Shown: positions 50,838 through 63,765 of the stretch, in pieces
Layout: each line of letters opens with the position of its first letter
Numbering within the stretch: the stretch's first letter is position 1
Assembly (NCBI RefSeq): GCF_001194135.2
Contig: NC_068982.1
Span: 99,951,333-100,015,332, forward strand
DNA: 64,000 bases
Direction of reading: 5' to 3'
Source: Octopus bimaculoides
Lineage: Eukaryota
The notes under the pieces: model-generated
What the model saw: only the letters and a program-made list of their open reading frames with translations
Told to the model about the DNA's origin: nothing
The model's database searches: none
Position numbers and translations under genes: made by a program

Positions 50838-50850
50838 TAATAATAATAAT
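50150..50850 (+). mobile_element. 5'-truncated R4/Dong-clade non-LTR retrotransposon (RLE domain) ending in (TAA)n
   Basis: CESLVQKEYTHRHDKVAQNLHWLLCQKYG...WYQHTPEKV...KILWDFDFQT...IIDVAV.GD...KYGDL..EI.KMW...PVV..VLG...LQK..LFGT..ILHKVL, with frameshifts. Confidence 0.9.
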
Positions 50851-50949
50851 ATTAGCTACAGCACATATCCAAGGCACACAGAGCTGCTCTTGATTGTGCA
50901 GTGGAAGCACATAATAAAAATAAAACTACTGAATAAGAATAAGAATAAT

Positions 50950-51180
50950 TTCAAATTTTGGTACAAGGGCCAGCAATTTCAGGGGAAGGGATAAGTCGAT
51001 TACATCAAACCCAGTGTTCAACTGATACTTATATCATCAACCCTGAAAGGATGAAAAGTAAAGTCAACCTTGGCAGAATTTGAGCTCAGAACATAAACAT
51101 GGATGAAATGCCACTAAGCATTTTGCCCGGCATGCTAACGATTCTGCCAGCTCACCACCTTCATCATCATCATCATCATC

Positions 51181-51224
<44 letters not shown>

Positions 51225-51320
51225 CATCATCATCATCATCATCATCATCACCAACACCATCATCACCATCATCATCACCATCATCACCATCATCACCATC
51301 ATCATCATCAGCATCATCAG

Positions 51321-51351
<31 letters not shown>

Positions 51352-51785
51352 TTTTTGCAGTAGGCACAAGGCCTGAAATTTGGTGGGAGGGGACTAGTCG
51401 ATTACATCGACTGATACTTAAGTTATCGACCCCGAAAGGATGAAAGGCAAAGTCAATTTTGGCAGAATTTCAACTCAGAACGTTGCAGCGGATGAAATAC
51501 TGCTAAGCATTTCGCCCAGCCTGCTAACGATTCTGCTAGCTTGCCACCTTAATAATAATAATAATAATCCTTTCTACCGGAGGCACAAGGCCTCGGATTT
51601 ATAGGGAAGGGACTAGTTGATTACATCGACCCCAGTGTTTTACTGCTACTTAATTTATCAACCCTGAAAGGATGAAAGGCAAAGTTGAGCTCAGCAGAAT
51701 TTGAATTCAGAACATAGTGATGGTTAAAATACCACTAAGCATTTCGTCCAGCACACTAATGATTCTGTCAGCTCACCGCCTTAAT
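50950..51785 (-). mobile_element. Three head-to-tail SINE family M copies separated by (CAT)n/(TAA)n
   Basis: Copies at about 50950-51160, 51355-51550 and 51570-51785. Confidence 0.9.
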
Positions 51786-51894
51786 AATGATAATAATTCA
51801 AATTTTAGCACAAAGCCAGGAACATCACCAAAATGCAATCACTACATATTTCAAAACAATCTTATACTGCATCCTTTCTCCATATGAAAAACAT

Positions 51895-52053
51895 ACAGGT
51901 GTGGCTGTGTGGTAAGAAATTTACTTACCAGCCAGAAGGTTCTGAGTTCAGTTCTGCTGTGTGGCACTTTGAGTAAACGTCTTCTATAGCCTTAGGCTAG
52001 CCAAAATTTTGAGTGGATTTGGTAGAAGGAAACTGAAAGAAACCTATCGCATA

Positions 52054-52146
<93 letters not shown>

Positions 52147-52560
52147 ATTTGTATCTTTGTGTCTTTGTTTGTCCCCCACCACCAATTGGCAACCGATGTT
52201 GGTGTGTTTGCATCCTCGTAACTTAGGATTTCTTTAGTATTTAAACCAGCCATATCCAGCCCAGATATTCTATCAATTTTACATTCAAACTAGCCATATC
52301 TGGCATCTCACACCTACCCAACAATGTCATTGTAAAAATAAACAATCACATCACTGAAATCTCAAAGTTACAAGATAATAAATGATTAAGTCAAAACAAT
52401 GTGAATAAAATGGCATCACATTCGACAGAGTAATCTGAATGTAAAAGGGTTAAACAAAAAAGAAAAAAAAAACGTAAGTACTGGGGTTGATTTGTTCAAC
52501 TAAAACTCTTCAAGGCAGTGTGCAAGCATGGCCACAGTCCAACACCTGAAATGAATAAAT
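51895..52560 (+). mobile_element. SINE family A interrupted by a piggyBac-type MITE (52229-52453)
   Basis: Head and body at 51895-52225, tail resuming at about 52475. The MITE matches 21220-21427. Confidence 0.8.
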
Positions 52561-53063
52561 GTTAAATTAAAGCCATCAGGTCAATTGTTAAGCCTCACAA
52601 CCTTTAATGATGTGTCAAGGTTTCTTCTATTAAGCTCAAATGCAATCAGTATTTTATCCTCAATGATCACATATTTGAGATGCTGCTTCTGAAACACACA
52701 AATGTCCAACTCTACAGCCACAGTGAATTAGTAAATTGACTGCTTGTTAAACGTTTTCTCACAACCATGAATCAACAGCTAGGTCATAGATACATTGTTT
52801 ATTTTGTTTGCCTTATTTCACCGTAACAACACTGGTTTCTACTCCCTCCATCCAAGTTCACTCAACATATTCATCTTTTCTCCTTTTGTTAACAGCACAT
52901 TAAAACTGACAAATTCAAAAAAAAAAAATGCATCATCCCTCCGGAATTTCATTCTACCTACTTTTTTTTTTTTTCATTATCCTCCAAATATTAACATACA
53001 GAAGTTCAAATTAATCATATCAATCACACATGCATACACACACGCACACACACACGCGCGCAC

Positions 53064-53105
<42 letters not shown>

Positions 53106-53579
53106 TATATTTCAAAACTTTATTTGCAACTTGCAAAATGTTTCATTGAAAGAACAGCGAAGCTGCTTCTAGTAATATGAGAATCTTTGATGATTCTAGA
53201 AACAGCTTTGCTATTTTCTAGATGAAACATTTGGTAGTTGTAAATATAAAACAACACTCTACCTTCAATCGCATCGAATACATTTTTTGAATCTTAGATG
53301 CCTTGGTTTTATGATACCCTTAATTACTACATACATACATACATACACACACACTTTCTTTTTTTTACTTAATCTAGTCATTAGATTGCAGCAATGCTGG
53401 GGCACCACCTTGAAGAATTCTAGTTGAATGAGTCAACCCCAGTCCTTTTTTTTTTCCCTTAAGGCTTGTATTTATTCTCTTTTGCTGAACTACTACATTA
53501 TGGGGAATAAATACACCAACACACTGTCTCAGATCAAAACACTTGGCATGTAAGTACATCTCTGTAATATATATATATA

Positions 53580-54160
53580 TATCATCATCATCGTTTAACG
53601 ATCGCTTTCCATACTAGCATGGGTTGGACAATTTGACTGAGGACTGGCAAGCCAGAAGGCTGCACCAGGCTCGAATCTGATCTGGCAGAGTTTCTACAGC
53701 TGAATACCATTCCTAACGCCAACCGCTCCGAGAGCGTAGTGGGTGCTTTATGTGCCACCGGCACGAGGGCCAGTCACATGGTACTGGCAATGGCCATGCT
53801 CAAAAAGGTGTTTTTTACGTGCCACCTGCATGGGAGCCAGTCCAGCGGCACTGGCAATGACCTCGCTTGAATGATTTTCTAATGTGCCACCAGCACAAGT
53901 GCTAGAAGGCGACACTGGTAGTGATTACGCTCAAATGGTGCTATTTACGGGCCACTAGCATGGAAGCCAGACAGCTGCTCTGGCAATGAACATGCTTGGA
54001 CAGTGCTGTTAGTGCTCCATTGGCACAGGTGCCAGTCATCGAGTATGGTTCAATTACGATTTCGATTTCACTTGCCCCAACAGGTCTTCACAAGCAGAGT
54101 TTAGTGTCCAATGAAGGAGAGGTTAGCATGGGTGCCAGTCATCAGATTTAGTTCGATTTC
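53580..54160 (-). mobile_element. RTE tail with several diverged 50-60-bp subunits
   Basis: Standard tail at 53580-53750 followed by repeated gtgccac..gcac..gccagt..ctggcaatga..gctc units. Confidence 0.8.
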
Positions 54161-54790
54161 AATTTCAGATTTTAAATTTCAATATGTATATATATAAAGT
54201 AAACAGAAAATGGGGAAATATTAATTGATATTAGTCAATTGTTGTTGATCAATATTTCTCCATTTTCTGTTTATTTTAAATTTGGTTCCTGATAAACTCA
54301 TGTTTATCTTTGTCATTGCTTGTATCCTATGAGCATAGCATAACACGCTTGCATATGTATGCCCAGGTTAACACAGGTAATTATATCAGGTGTAAAACAG
54401 ATATTTTTATCCCTTAGATGGTTATTCCAACCTCTAGCTCTACTAACCTGATATATATATATATATATATATATATAAATCAGTCAACATGTTGACTGAA
54501 TCAATCATAAAGCTATTGCTTTTTAAGTCTGTTCAGAGTTGCCTCTCTTTGGTACATCCCATTGACAAGAGTCAATAAACTCAAAACATCGACGTCTGGG
54601 ATTCCTGATAGATGGCCACACTAAACAGACCAGCTATTTTCATACCTTTTACCATAAGAGAGATATTTTCTTTGCAGTAACTGCAGTGTATTTACCTTTT
54701 AGTAGTTTAAATTTGTCACAAACATATTTTAACTAACCTAAATTTTGCTTATGCCTTAACACTGCTTAGAGCAAACATTTTGTTATATAT

Positions 54791-54849
<59 letters not shown>

Positions 54850-55120
54850 CACATACATAAAAAGAGAGGGGGCAAGAGGGAGGAGAGAGAGAGAGAGAGA
54901 GAGAAGGATGGAGAAGAAAATTATTTAAGAAAAGTTACACATGTGATCAGTTGCAGACACCTTTATAGAATGAATCCCAGGTGTGGATAATAGAGAAAAT
55001 TTGACTCAAGTGATCATGTTGCAAGACTCTCAATAAACAAACCTATTAATGAAACCTATACTAATGCTACAAATAGCAGCCAAATTTCTCTCATATAGCA
55101 ACTCTCTTAGAAAATAGATA

Positions 55121-55326
55121 TGAGGGGTGTTGAAAAGTTCCTGGTATCACTAAAGGCCTGTTGGAAGCCCAACCTTCCGAATTCTTTTGCAGAGCTTAGA
55201 AAAACTGAAGGACTGCTGCATTAAGTGTATAACTCTGAAAGGGGAATATGCTGAATAAAATCATAATTAGCTGATCCTCCTGTATTTTCTTTAGTCCAAA
55301 GCCAGCAACTTTTCAGCACCCCCTTA
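55121..55326 (+). mobile_element. mariner-derived MITE with TA TSD, nested in an older repeat
   Basis: TIRs tgaggggtgttgaaaagttcctgg / gccagcaacttttcagcacccccctta, flanked by TA. The internal part resembles a mariner C-terminus. Confidence 0.85.
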
Positions 55327-55789
55327 TACATTGCATAATATAGTCTTAAGTATGCTATGCCTATAAAAAGAATTACATGAACATCAGTGGAACACTCTTG
55401 ATCAACGTTGGCCTAGGGCAAAAATAGACTGCTTGGTGTTGAACTGGCATCAGACAATCAGCAGGGACCACTTGCTGGTTAACAGGCATTGTCCATTAGA
55501 GAAGTTTTGAATTACCTAGAGGTTCTTAGAATAAAGTTGTGTAGTTATATAAAGATGTTATTCTATTAAACGCCAATGTCTATTATGCATTATCTTACCA
55601 CTTCTCAATTTGAACTCTAAGTCAATGAAAGAAATATTGTTCTTGCTCTCACTCCCTCTCTCTATTTTACTTTCATATTCTCATTCTTATGTAACATTTC
55701 TGTCTCTTGAAACTTAATTTGCAATTTTATTCATTGCAATTTTATTCATTTTATCATTTACACTTATTAAAAGTAAACCTTTGTACGAT

Positions 55790-56210
55790 AGGCACAAGGC
55801 CTGAAATTTTGAGGGAGGGGGATAGTCGATCACATTGGTCCCCAGCATTCAACTGGTATTTATTTCATCAACCCTGAGATGGGATGAAAGACAAATTTGA
55901 CCTAAGCAGAATTTAAACTCAGAACATAAAAACAGGTGAAATATCACTAAGCATTTTGTCCCAGTGTGCTAACGATTCTGCCAGCTTGCTGCCTTATACA
56001 CAGAAATAATCTTTTCTATCTGAGGCACAAGGCCAGAAATTTTGAGAGAAGAGGCTAGTCAACAACCCCAGTGCTCAACTGGTACTTATTTCATTAACCC
56101 CGAAAGGATGAAAGACAAAGTTAACCTCAGCAGGATTTGAACTCAGAATGTAAAGACGGACAAAATGCCACTAAGCATTTTGTCCAGCATGCTAATGATT
56201 CTGCCAAAAA
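55790..56210 (-). mobile_element. Two head-to-tail SINE family M copies
   Basis: Direct motif match. Confidence 0.9.
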
Positions 56211-58233
56211 AACCAAAACTTTAGGCGTAATTACACAAGTGTACTTCCAACACTTTCTGAAAACTGGATGTTTTTTAATGAAATATTCTATAAATACATT
56301 TCAAATGCAGTGGATTAATTATAATTATATCAGAATTTGTTAAGAAAAAGCTTTTTCATAGGTGGGATGAGGGGAGTTTAGGATAATTCACATGCATCAA
56401 CTTTGTTTTCTCATATGTTTTAATGATGTAGATTACAATTATGTTGAAAAAAAAACNNNNNNNNNNAAATGAATGCTTAAAAAAAAAATTTTCCAGGTCC
56501 ACTGCATACCAAATGGCCATAACAACAAATTTACCTCAAATTGTTTTTATTTTTTCAAACTATGCTGGTATCTTTTAAAATTTCATTTTATTGAAAAAAA
56601 AAAGTATTCATTTAAATTCCAAAAGGGAAAGAGTGGAATGGTCCTCAAAATTTTTATTTTCCATAATAACTGTAATTTGTATCAAGGCATGTGAGGAAAC
56701 AAAGTCAAAGTGCATAAAATATCTGCCTCACCTCTTTTTTTTTTTTTTTTTTTTTCACATAAATTTATGATATAGTTACGAGTTATACTATCAGGAAATC
56801 TCATTAAGATATGTGCATATTTTTCTGAGTTCTGGGGAAACAAAGTTGAGATATGTGAATTATCCGAAACTTCCTTTGCTACCAGCCCTCCTCCCAAAAC
56901 ATTTCTTATGACAAATTCTGATACAATCATAATCTATGCCATCTGAAATGTATTTGGAGAAAATTTCATTAGCAATATCTACTTTTCAGAAAGTTTAGAG
57001 GAAATAAATTCGGGATAGGGGTGTGGGTGGCCACAATTGTGTAAGCATGGCAAAATTTGGGTTATAAGCTACAAAAAAAGCTCTTCCTGACCTTATTTCT
57101 TCATAACCTTTTTCAGAAATTTTGCAAAGATTTTTGAAGCTGTAGATTATGATTGTATCGAAAAATTTTAAAAACTAATTTTCTTTGTTTTATATTTTGA
57201 TTCAGAATTAAAAGGAGTTAGTCCCTTTTTAACCATTCTATTACTTACCTATAATGATTGCTCAGCATAGATTTAGATATTATTCATTACCAAAATGAAA
57301 TTGGAAGGCATTTCGTAGTTTATGATAAGCCGAATAGACATTAATGAACTTGACAAAAACAATACAGACTTGGAGTATTCTAGGGATATCTTTAGACTTA
57401 CTCATCTACTTTATTTGATACCATTATTGTGTGCTACTATTATGACTAAGTTATTTGAAAAGTTTGAAAGTTATGAACTTCTTTTCTTTCTGAATAAAAG
57501 AGAAAATTTTTTTACTAAAAAACTATTTCTTAGACATAATTGTAATCTTTCCCTTTGATAATTTTCATTAAAAAAAATTTACATTATTGAGTAATTTATG
57601 ATGGTGCGGGCATGCCAAGTTTAGCTTTACATCAATGATATACTTTCTTATCAAAATTATTGTATACTTTGCATGTTACATGGCTGATACAAATGTTCTC
57701 AATGGAAATAAGATATTAAGAAAGAAATTTGAAAACCATATTAGGGGAAGTAAATACATATCAAAAAATATTTTTTTAAAATATGGAATAATTCTTGATG
57801 GATATGTAAACCAGACAGTGTACAAGTAAGAACAGAATCATAATATATATGATTTTATATAAGCTTTTGCTATATTGTTCCAGAGTTGATTTTATCTTGT
57901 GTTCTCTAGTTCTACTAATTAACGTATTAATATATTTGTAACTTTGTGGGTTAATGGGTAACCGTATATTTGCTTAGGCTGCATGTTGTTCCCATATAAA
58001 ACCAAGCTACCATCTTAACTTTTCTATCAGTCTGTTCTTACTTGTGTTGACTACCGTTTCTATGTTGAAAGTCATTAATGACTGCTGGGGGTGTTTGTAT
58101 GCCAATGTTGCTGGACTGTTATTGAACAGTTAACAGAAAAATTTGTGTAGCAGTTTCACAAACCCACATAAGCATTTGAACAGAATTTGTTGTGTTGTAT
58201 TAGTATGAAAGGATGTTCATGCATTAGAATATA

Positions 58234-58810
58234 TATTGGGTCATCCCATAAATAATGCGGTTTTTCAATTGCATGAATTAAAAGTCGGAAGGGAATGGGA
58301 TAAACTACCCGTATCAACTTGCTATAAAAGCTGGTAGTAATTTTACCTTCTCCTTATTCTTAGTGCAAGTTTTGGAGAGTGCAGTTCGATATTAGCAGTT
58401 ATCTTTTCAAAGCTATAATGGAAGTGACAAAGGAGCATATTAGGCATATTTTGCTTTATGAGTTCAATAAAGGCAACAACTCAACGGAAAGTGCAAGGAA
58501 TATTAATGCAGTATATGGGGATCAGACAATAAGCATAAGCCAGTGTCAACAGTGGTTCCAGAAATTCCAAGCCAGAAACTACAGCCTAGAAAACCAGAAG
58601 ATCTGTAGAAGCCTAGAAGATCTGTAGAAGACCAGAAGATCTGTAGAAGCCTAGAAGCCTAGAAGATTTTCTAGAAGCCTAAAGGATCTGTAGAGCTTGA
58701 TGAGGGTGTCCTGCAAACTCTGGTGGAACAAAATCCTATTGTAGCTGTTGAGGAACTAGCAGAGAAGCTTTGGATTTGGTCATTCAACCATTCATTGACA
58801 CCTGCATGCA
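58234..58810 (+). mobile_element. mariner element 5' portion with internal micro-tandem expansion
   Basis: TIR tattgggtcatcccataaataatgcgg, then MEVTKEHIRHILLYEFNKGNNSTESARNINAVYGDQTISISQCQQWFQKF. ccagaagatctgtagaag/cctagaag repeats lie at 58585-58695. Confidence 0.9.
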
Positions 58811-59516
58811 TCTCCTAAAATTAAATACTTTTATGTTCTTAAATTCTCTAATATTCAGCATTTGCTACTTCAACATCTAAATTATTAAAGTTAAATATTC
58901 TTTCTTGACACACAATCTGTTTTGACAATGAACAATTGCAAGAATCAAATTGTCTTTTTCTTTTCCTTCTAAAACATTCCAGTTTTTAAAACACGAGTGT
59001 AACTATATCCAATTTCATTGCAGTTGGTAACCAGCCAGATAGAATATACTATAATGCATCTTGACAGGAAGTAGCAACAATGATTTCAAAGCATTTAATG
59101 GTACTTTAAAAACTTAGTCTATCTGGTGTTTATTAAGTCCTTCCAAAGAAATTCAAGTCATGGAGTCATGATTTTCTTTTCACTGGTTTGATCAACTCTC
59201 GACAACACCTGCTCACATTGATTTTGGGTCTGACTCATCTATGTCATAGCGACAATCATTGACTGAACATTCATCAGTTGACCCAGAACTTGATTACACC
59301 AGATTTTTCAACAGAAACCTGTTGAAAAATTTAGTACAAACATCACAGCTATCAGCAAAGGAAAGCGTTTCTGCGGAATGAGAGTTTGACATATATCCTG
59401 TTGAGTTTGATCTTCCAGATAGAGTTATATCTTCAGTTGAATCTGTGTCAGTTCAACTAAGTATTTAATATGAGTATAATGATGACTAACATCAACCATT
59501 TTAACATAATTGACCT

Positions 59517-59779
59517 CTAGCTCATATCTATTGTTAGAATTAAATCGTCAAAGTAAAACTTCTTCGAGTTCAGACAACCAGATAAAAACTGTCCTATTGA
59601 TCTTTGATAAGGTGTCTGGTTAGTTATAGTGCAATGAAAGGATCTAATCACATCAAACAACTTGCCAAAAATTTCACTCCATTGTCTATTTTCTGGCATA
59701 TTTCTTGCAGAAAAGACAAGTAATATTGATCCCCTTAGTGTTCCATTTGGGTGTTCTATCTGACTGTTGTCAGTAGGAT
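59517..59779 (-). CDS. Candidate terminal exon of an unidentified minus-strand gene or pseudogene
   Basis: Acceptor ttgctttattttcttag, then 87 codons of non-repetitive sequence (DPTDNSQIEHPNGTLRGSILLVFSARNMPENRQWSEIFGKLF...DDLILTIDMS*). No recognisable homology. Confidence 0.3.
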
Positions 59780-60254
59780 CTAAGAAAATAAAGCAAGTCT
59801 GCTCATTTACTGTCATTCATTGTTATTGTAGTTTTTTTTTTTTGTAAAGTAAAATGCATATGTAAGGTGTATATAGTGTATTAGATCAACCTTATTTATC
59901 CAGAAGGTCATACAAAAATTGAAGTCAGTATAGTATTATAATAATAGAGCAGTTGAATCATTGAGCCATATCTGACAGGTTGCAAACATTTAATGCCAGC
60001 TGTATTAGTCTCTTACATGTATTCTGAGTTTTACAGCAACTTTAAACATCCTGTTATTTATAAACTTGAATAGTATATTCCTGTAGTAATAAAGCATTTA
60101 GTTGACTCTAGTGTCTTGTAGAGAACTAAGAATTACTCAGAGCTGATATACTCTCTCTGGTACTCAAGAGAAACATTAAGCATCTTCTTTTGCTTCTTTC
60201 ACTCATTGATTGCATTACCTCAAAGGGTCTAAGTTGAGCAAATCGATCCTAGTG

Positions 60255-60660
60255 CTTATTTTTTAAGTCTGGTTCTTATTCTAGCAGTGTCTTTTGTCAA
60301 ACTGCTAAGATATGATGATGTAGACAAACCAACACTGGTTGTCAAGCAGTCGTGTGGAGCAAGCACAAAGACACACACATACACACACATGCATGCACAC
60401 ACATACACACACACATACACACACACAACACATGTACACATACACACACATACACACACACACACACACACAACACATGTACACACACACACATATATGC
60501 AACAGGCTTCCACATAGTTTCCATCTACCAAATTTACTTACAATGCATTGGTCAGTGCAGGACTATAGTAGAAGATACTTGCCCAAGGTGCTGTGCAATG
60601 GGACTGAACCTGAAACCACATTATTGCAAAGAGAGCTTCTTAACCATACAGCCATGTTTG
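60255..60660 (-). mobile_element. Near full-length SINE family A with expanded CA microsatellite
   Basis: Match to 29950-30330. Confidence 0.85.
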
Positions 60661-61230
60661 TGTCTGTCATGGAAGCTGAGGATGTGTTTACATAAGAAAT
60701 CAATAAATTCCAGGTTAACTCAGGACATTAAAAGAATAATAACAGTAGCAACTACAACATGAAAGTCTGTTATAAAAGTTGACCTTTCAATTGTCCCCAT
60801 TTTCTTTAAGTGAACAGAAATGTGAAATGAAGACAATCTAGATAATTTCTATCTAACATTATTTGATGCTTCAGTCAACTAATGTTAATTAGATCAAAAT
60901 AACTAATTGTTGCTGTTGTTGTTGTTTGGTCTCAGGTCATCCTTAAGTCGGAATTTGATCAAAAATACTCCATCCATCTCTTCCCTTTTATTTTTTTGAG
61001 ACATAGTGTACTTAGGACTATATTATTGCTTGGGTCCTTTTCTTCTCAAGAAAGCAGAGTTTAATTTGAAGGAGATTGAGATGCTATTTCGAGTGGAATA
61101 TGTAACCATGTAATGGGCAAGGGTAAAGATACTGAAGTGTTCAATATTTGTTATTGTCCCTCACTTCATTGTCATCATCACCATCATTATCATTATCACC
61201 ATCATCAATATCATTGTTATAATGATCACA

Positions 61231-61610
61231 GGAGGCGCAATGGCCCAGTGGTTAGGGCAGCGGACTCGCAGTCATAGGATCGCGGTTTCGATTCCCAGAC
61301 CGGGCATCATGAGTGTTTATTGAGCAAAAAAACCTAAAGCTCCACGAGGCTCTGGCAGGGGACGGTGGCGAACCCTGCTGTACTCTTTCACCACAACTTT
61401 CTCTCACTCTTACTTCCTGTTTCTGTTGTGCCTGTAATTCAAAGGGTCAGCCTTGTTACACTGTGTCACGCTGAATATCCCCGAGAACTACGTTAAGGGT
61501 ACACGTGTCTGTGGAGTGCTCAGCCACTTGCACGTTAATTTCATGAGCAGGCTGTTCCGTTGATCGGATCAACTGGAACCCTCAACGTCATAAGCGACGG
61601 AGTGCCAACA
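61231..61610 (+). mobile_element. Full-length SINE family R with 10-bp TSD
   Basis: Highly similar to 41771-42149, with TSD aatgatcaca. Confidence 0.92.
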
Positions 61611-62435
61611 AATGATCACAATTTTGGTTATTATGAACATTGTCACTATCCTCAGCATCTTTGTAATCGTTCTCCTCTTCCTCCCTCTCCACATCATTTT
61701 CATTATTATCATGGCTTTTATCATTTTATCATCATTGTCATCTTCATCATCAACTTTGTTGTCATTATTATGGTCTTCACAATTGTCGTTATTATCCATA
61801 ATGCCTTTTATCCTTTTGGAGTGAATAAAATAAGTACAAGTCGAGCACTGGGGTCAACGTAATCGACTGGCTCCCTCTCCTAAAATTTCAGGCCTTGTAC
61901 CTAGAGTAGACAGGATTATTATCCATAATGACTTATGTGCTAAATTTCAGAAAAGCTTGCATATTTTCACTGTTCTGCTTACTTAATGTGAAGAAGACAT
62001 CCCAGATAGTCTCTTTCTTTGCCTGAAAACCCCAGTTTGTCAAAGTTATTATTTAGACAATTATCAAAACAAATGTGTTAATGATTATTGATAGAAATGT
62101 AATTACAATATGGGTAGAAATGCTATTTTTCAATGCCATTATCTATGTATGGTTTCTTTTTCAATGATACATTTTCACTGGATAGCTGGCCTCTATAACA
62201 ACACATAATTATGTATACATGTATGATGTTTACAGTTATTCTGGATATAATTTAATGATAGATTAAGTTGATTTCATCTGTCATTATTGCGTATGTATGT
62301 ATGTTTTCTGATATTTACTTACATACATATATCTACGCATGCATATTCAGACACATGCTCACATAAAAAATATACATATACAACAGGTTTCTTTGCAGTT
62401 ATATAATGCAGTCATACATATATTCATAAATGCAT

Positions 62436-62495
<60 letters not shown>

Positions 62496-63546
62496 TATGA
62501 AATCATTCATACATGCATGCATGTATCCAACATAGTGTCCAACAAAGTCACCCTAATTAATCTTTAAATTTTACCAGTCGTCAAGCTGTACAGTTAAGAT
62601 GTTGACTACAGTCAACATCATAAGTTTGAATCTTACTCCAGCCATAACATTTTGCTCATGGTTCCAGGATGCTTGAAAACAAAATGTGGGTACCACCCCT
62701 ACTTCATGACAAAATGATTAGCAATCTGGAGTTCACATAGATAAAAATAAAATTTACAAAGTAAAAATAACATGAAAAGAATTGAAGTAAGCAGTAAAAT
62801 AATCAGCTCCAAGATTCCAGTTTGGTTTATTCCAGATAAGATTTATCAAACTTGCATATCAGCAAGTTTTTACTTTTTAAAAATTTTAGTTCAGAATTGA
62901 GTGACAAGAGGGGTCTGAGAGTTAAAGGTAGTCTACTAAATTAGTTATTTTGCACAATTCAAAAAAATAAAATAAAATAATTCAAGACTAGCTTTGATGG
63001 ATTTTGGAAGTGCCAGAAATTTGACAAACCATTTTGAGCATATCAGAATACCTCATTACTAACCTGTTGGCACTGAAAGGATGATGAATTAGCCATATAA
63101 ATGGTAAATAGAGAACTTAGCTTAGTTGCTGGTATATCCGGGTGTGTGCTATTGCCACACACGAACTTCCTAGATTACATCCAAAAGAAGGTCATTCTGC
63201 TACTGGCAAAGATTGACTCACCAATACACTATAATCATTGGCTTACAGACATGCTGTTTTACTTCCTTTTTATCTTTAATCACAACTAAAATAGCCTCTA
63301 TTTCTTCAAATTAGCTGGATATATATCCTTATTATCCTTATCACCCAGATGCACCTGACTTTCCTGTTACTCTTATAGTATTCCATTGCAGATCCTGCAC
63401 ATAACATAGCAAATTTTCCACAAAACTCAAGCAAAATTCACATTAGAATGGTACTTATATGTATGGGACTGTACTGCTGCTGGACATCCATACACCAAAG
63501 ACTGCATCTACAAGAGACTGTTGTAATAATTAACAATGATTCCAAG

Positions 63547-63765
63547 TCAGCAAGCTGGCAGAAACATTAACATGCCAAGTGAAATGCTTAGCAGTATTTC
63601 GTCTGTCTTTACATTCTGAGTTCAAATTCTGCCAAGGTCAGCTTTGCCTTTCATCCTTTTGGGGTCGATGAATTAAGTACCAGTTGCATACTGGGGTCAA
63701 TCTAATTGACTGGCCCCCTCCCCGAAGATTTCAGGACTTGTGCCTAGAGTAGAAAAGAATAATTA
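63547..63765 (+). mobile_element. SINE family M
   Basis: Direct motif match. Confidence 0.9.

Noticed and set aside
54480-54499. Short perfect palindromes tcagtcaacatgttgactga (and gatgttgact-ac-agtcaacatc at about 62598-62620)
   Set aside because: They are too short and isolated to distinguish from chance or slippage next to microsatellites.
56470-57800. Possible non-autonomous DNA-transposon body (also 14300-14640)
   Set aside because: The composition is suggestive, but I found no matching TIR pair, TSD or transposase motif.
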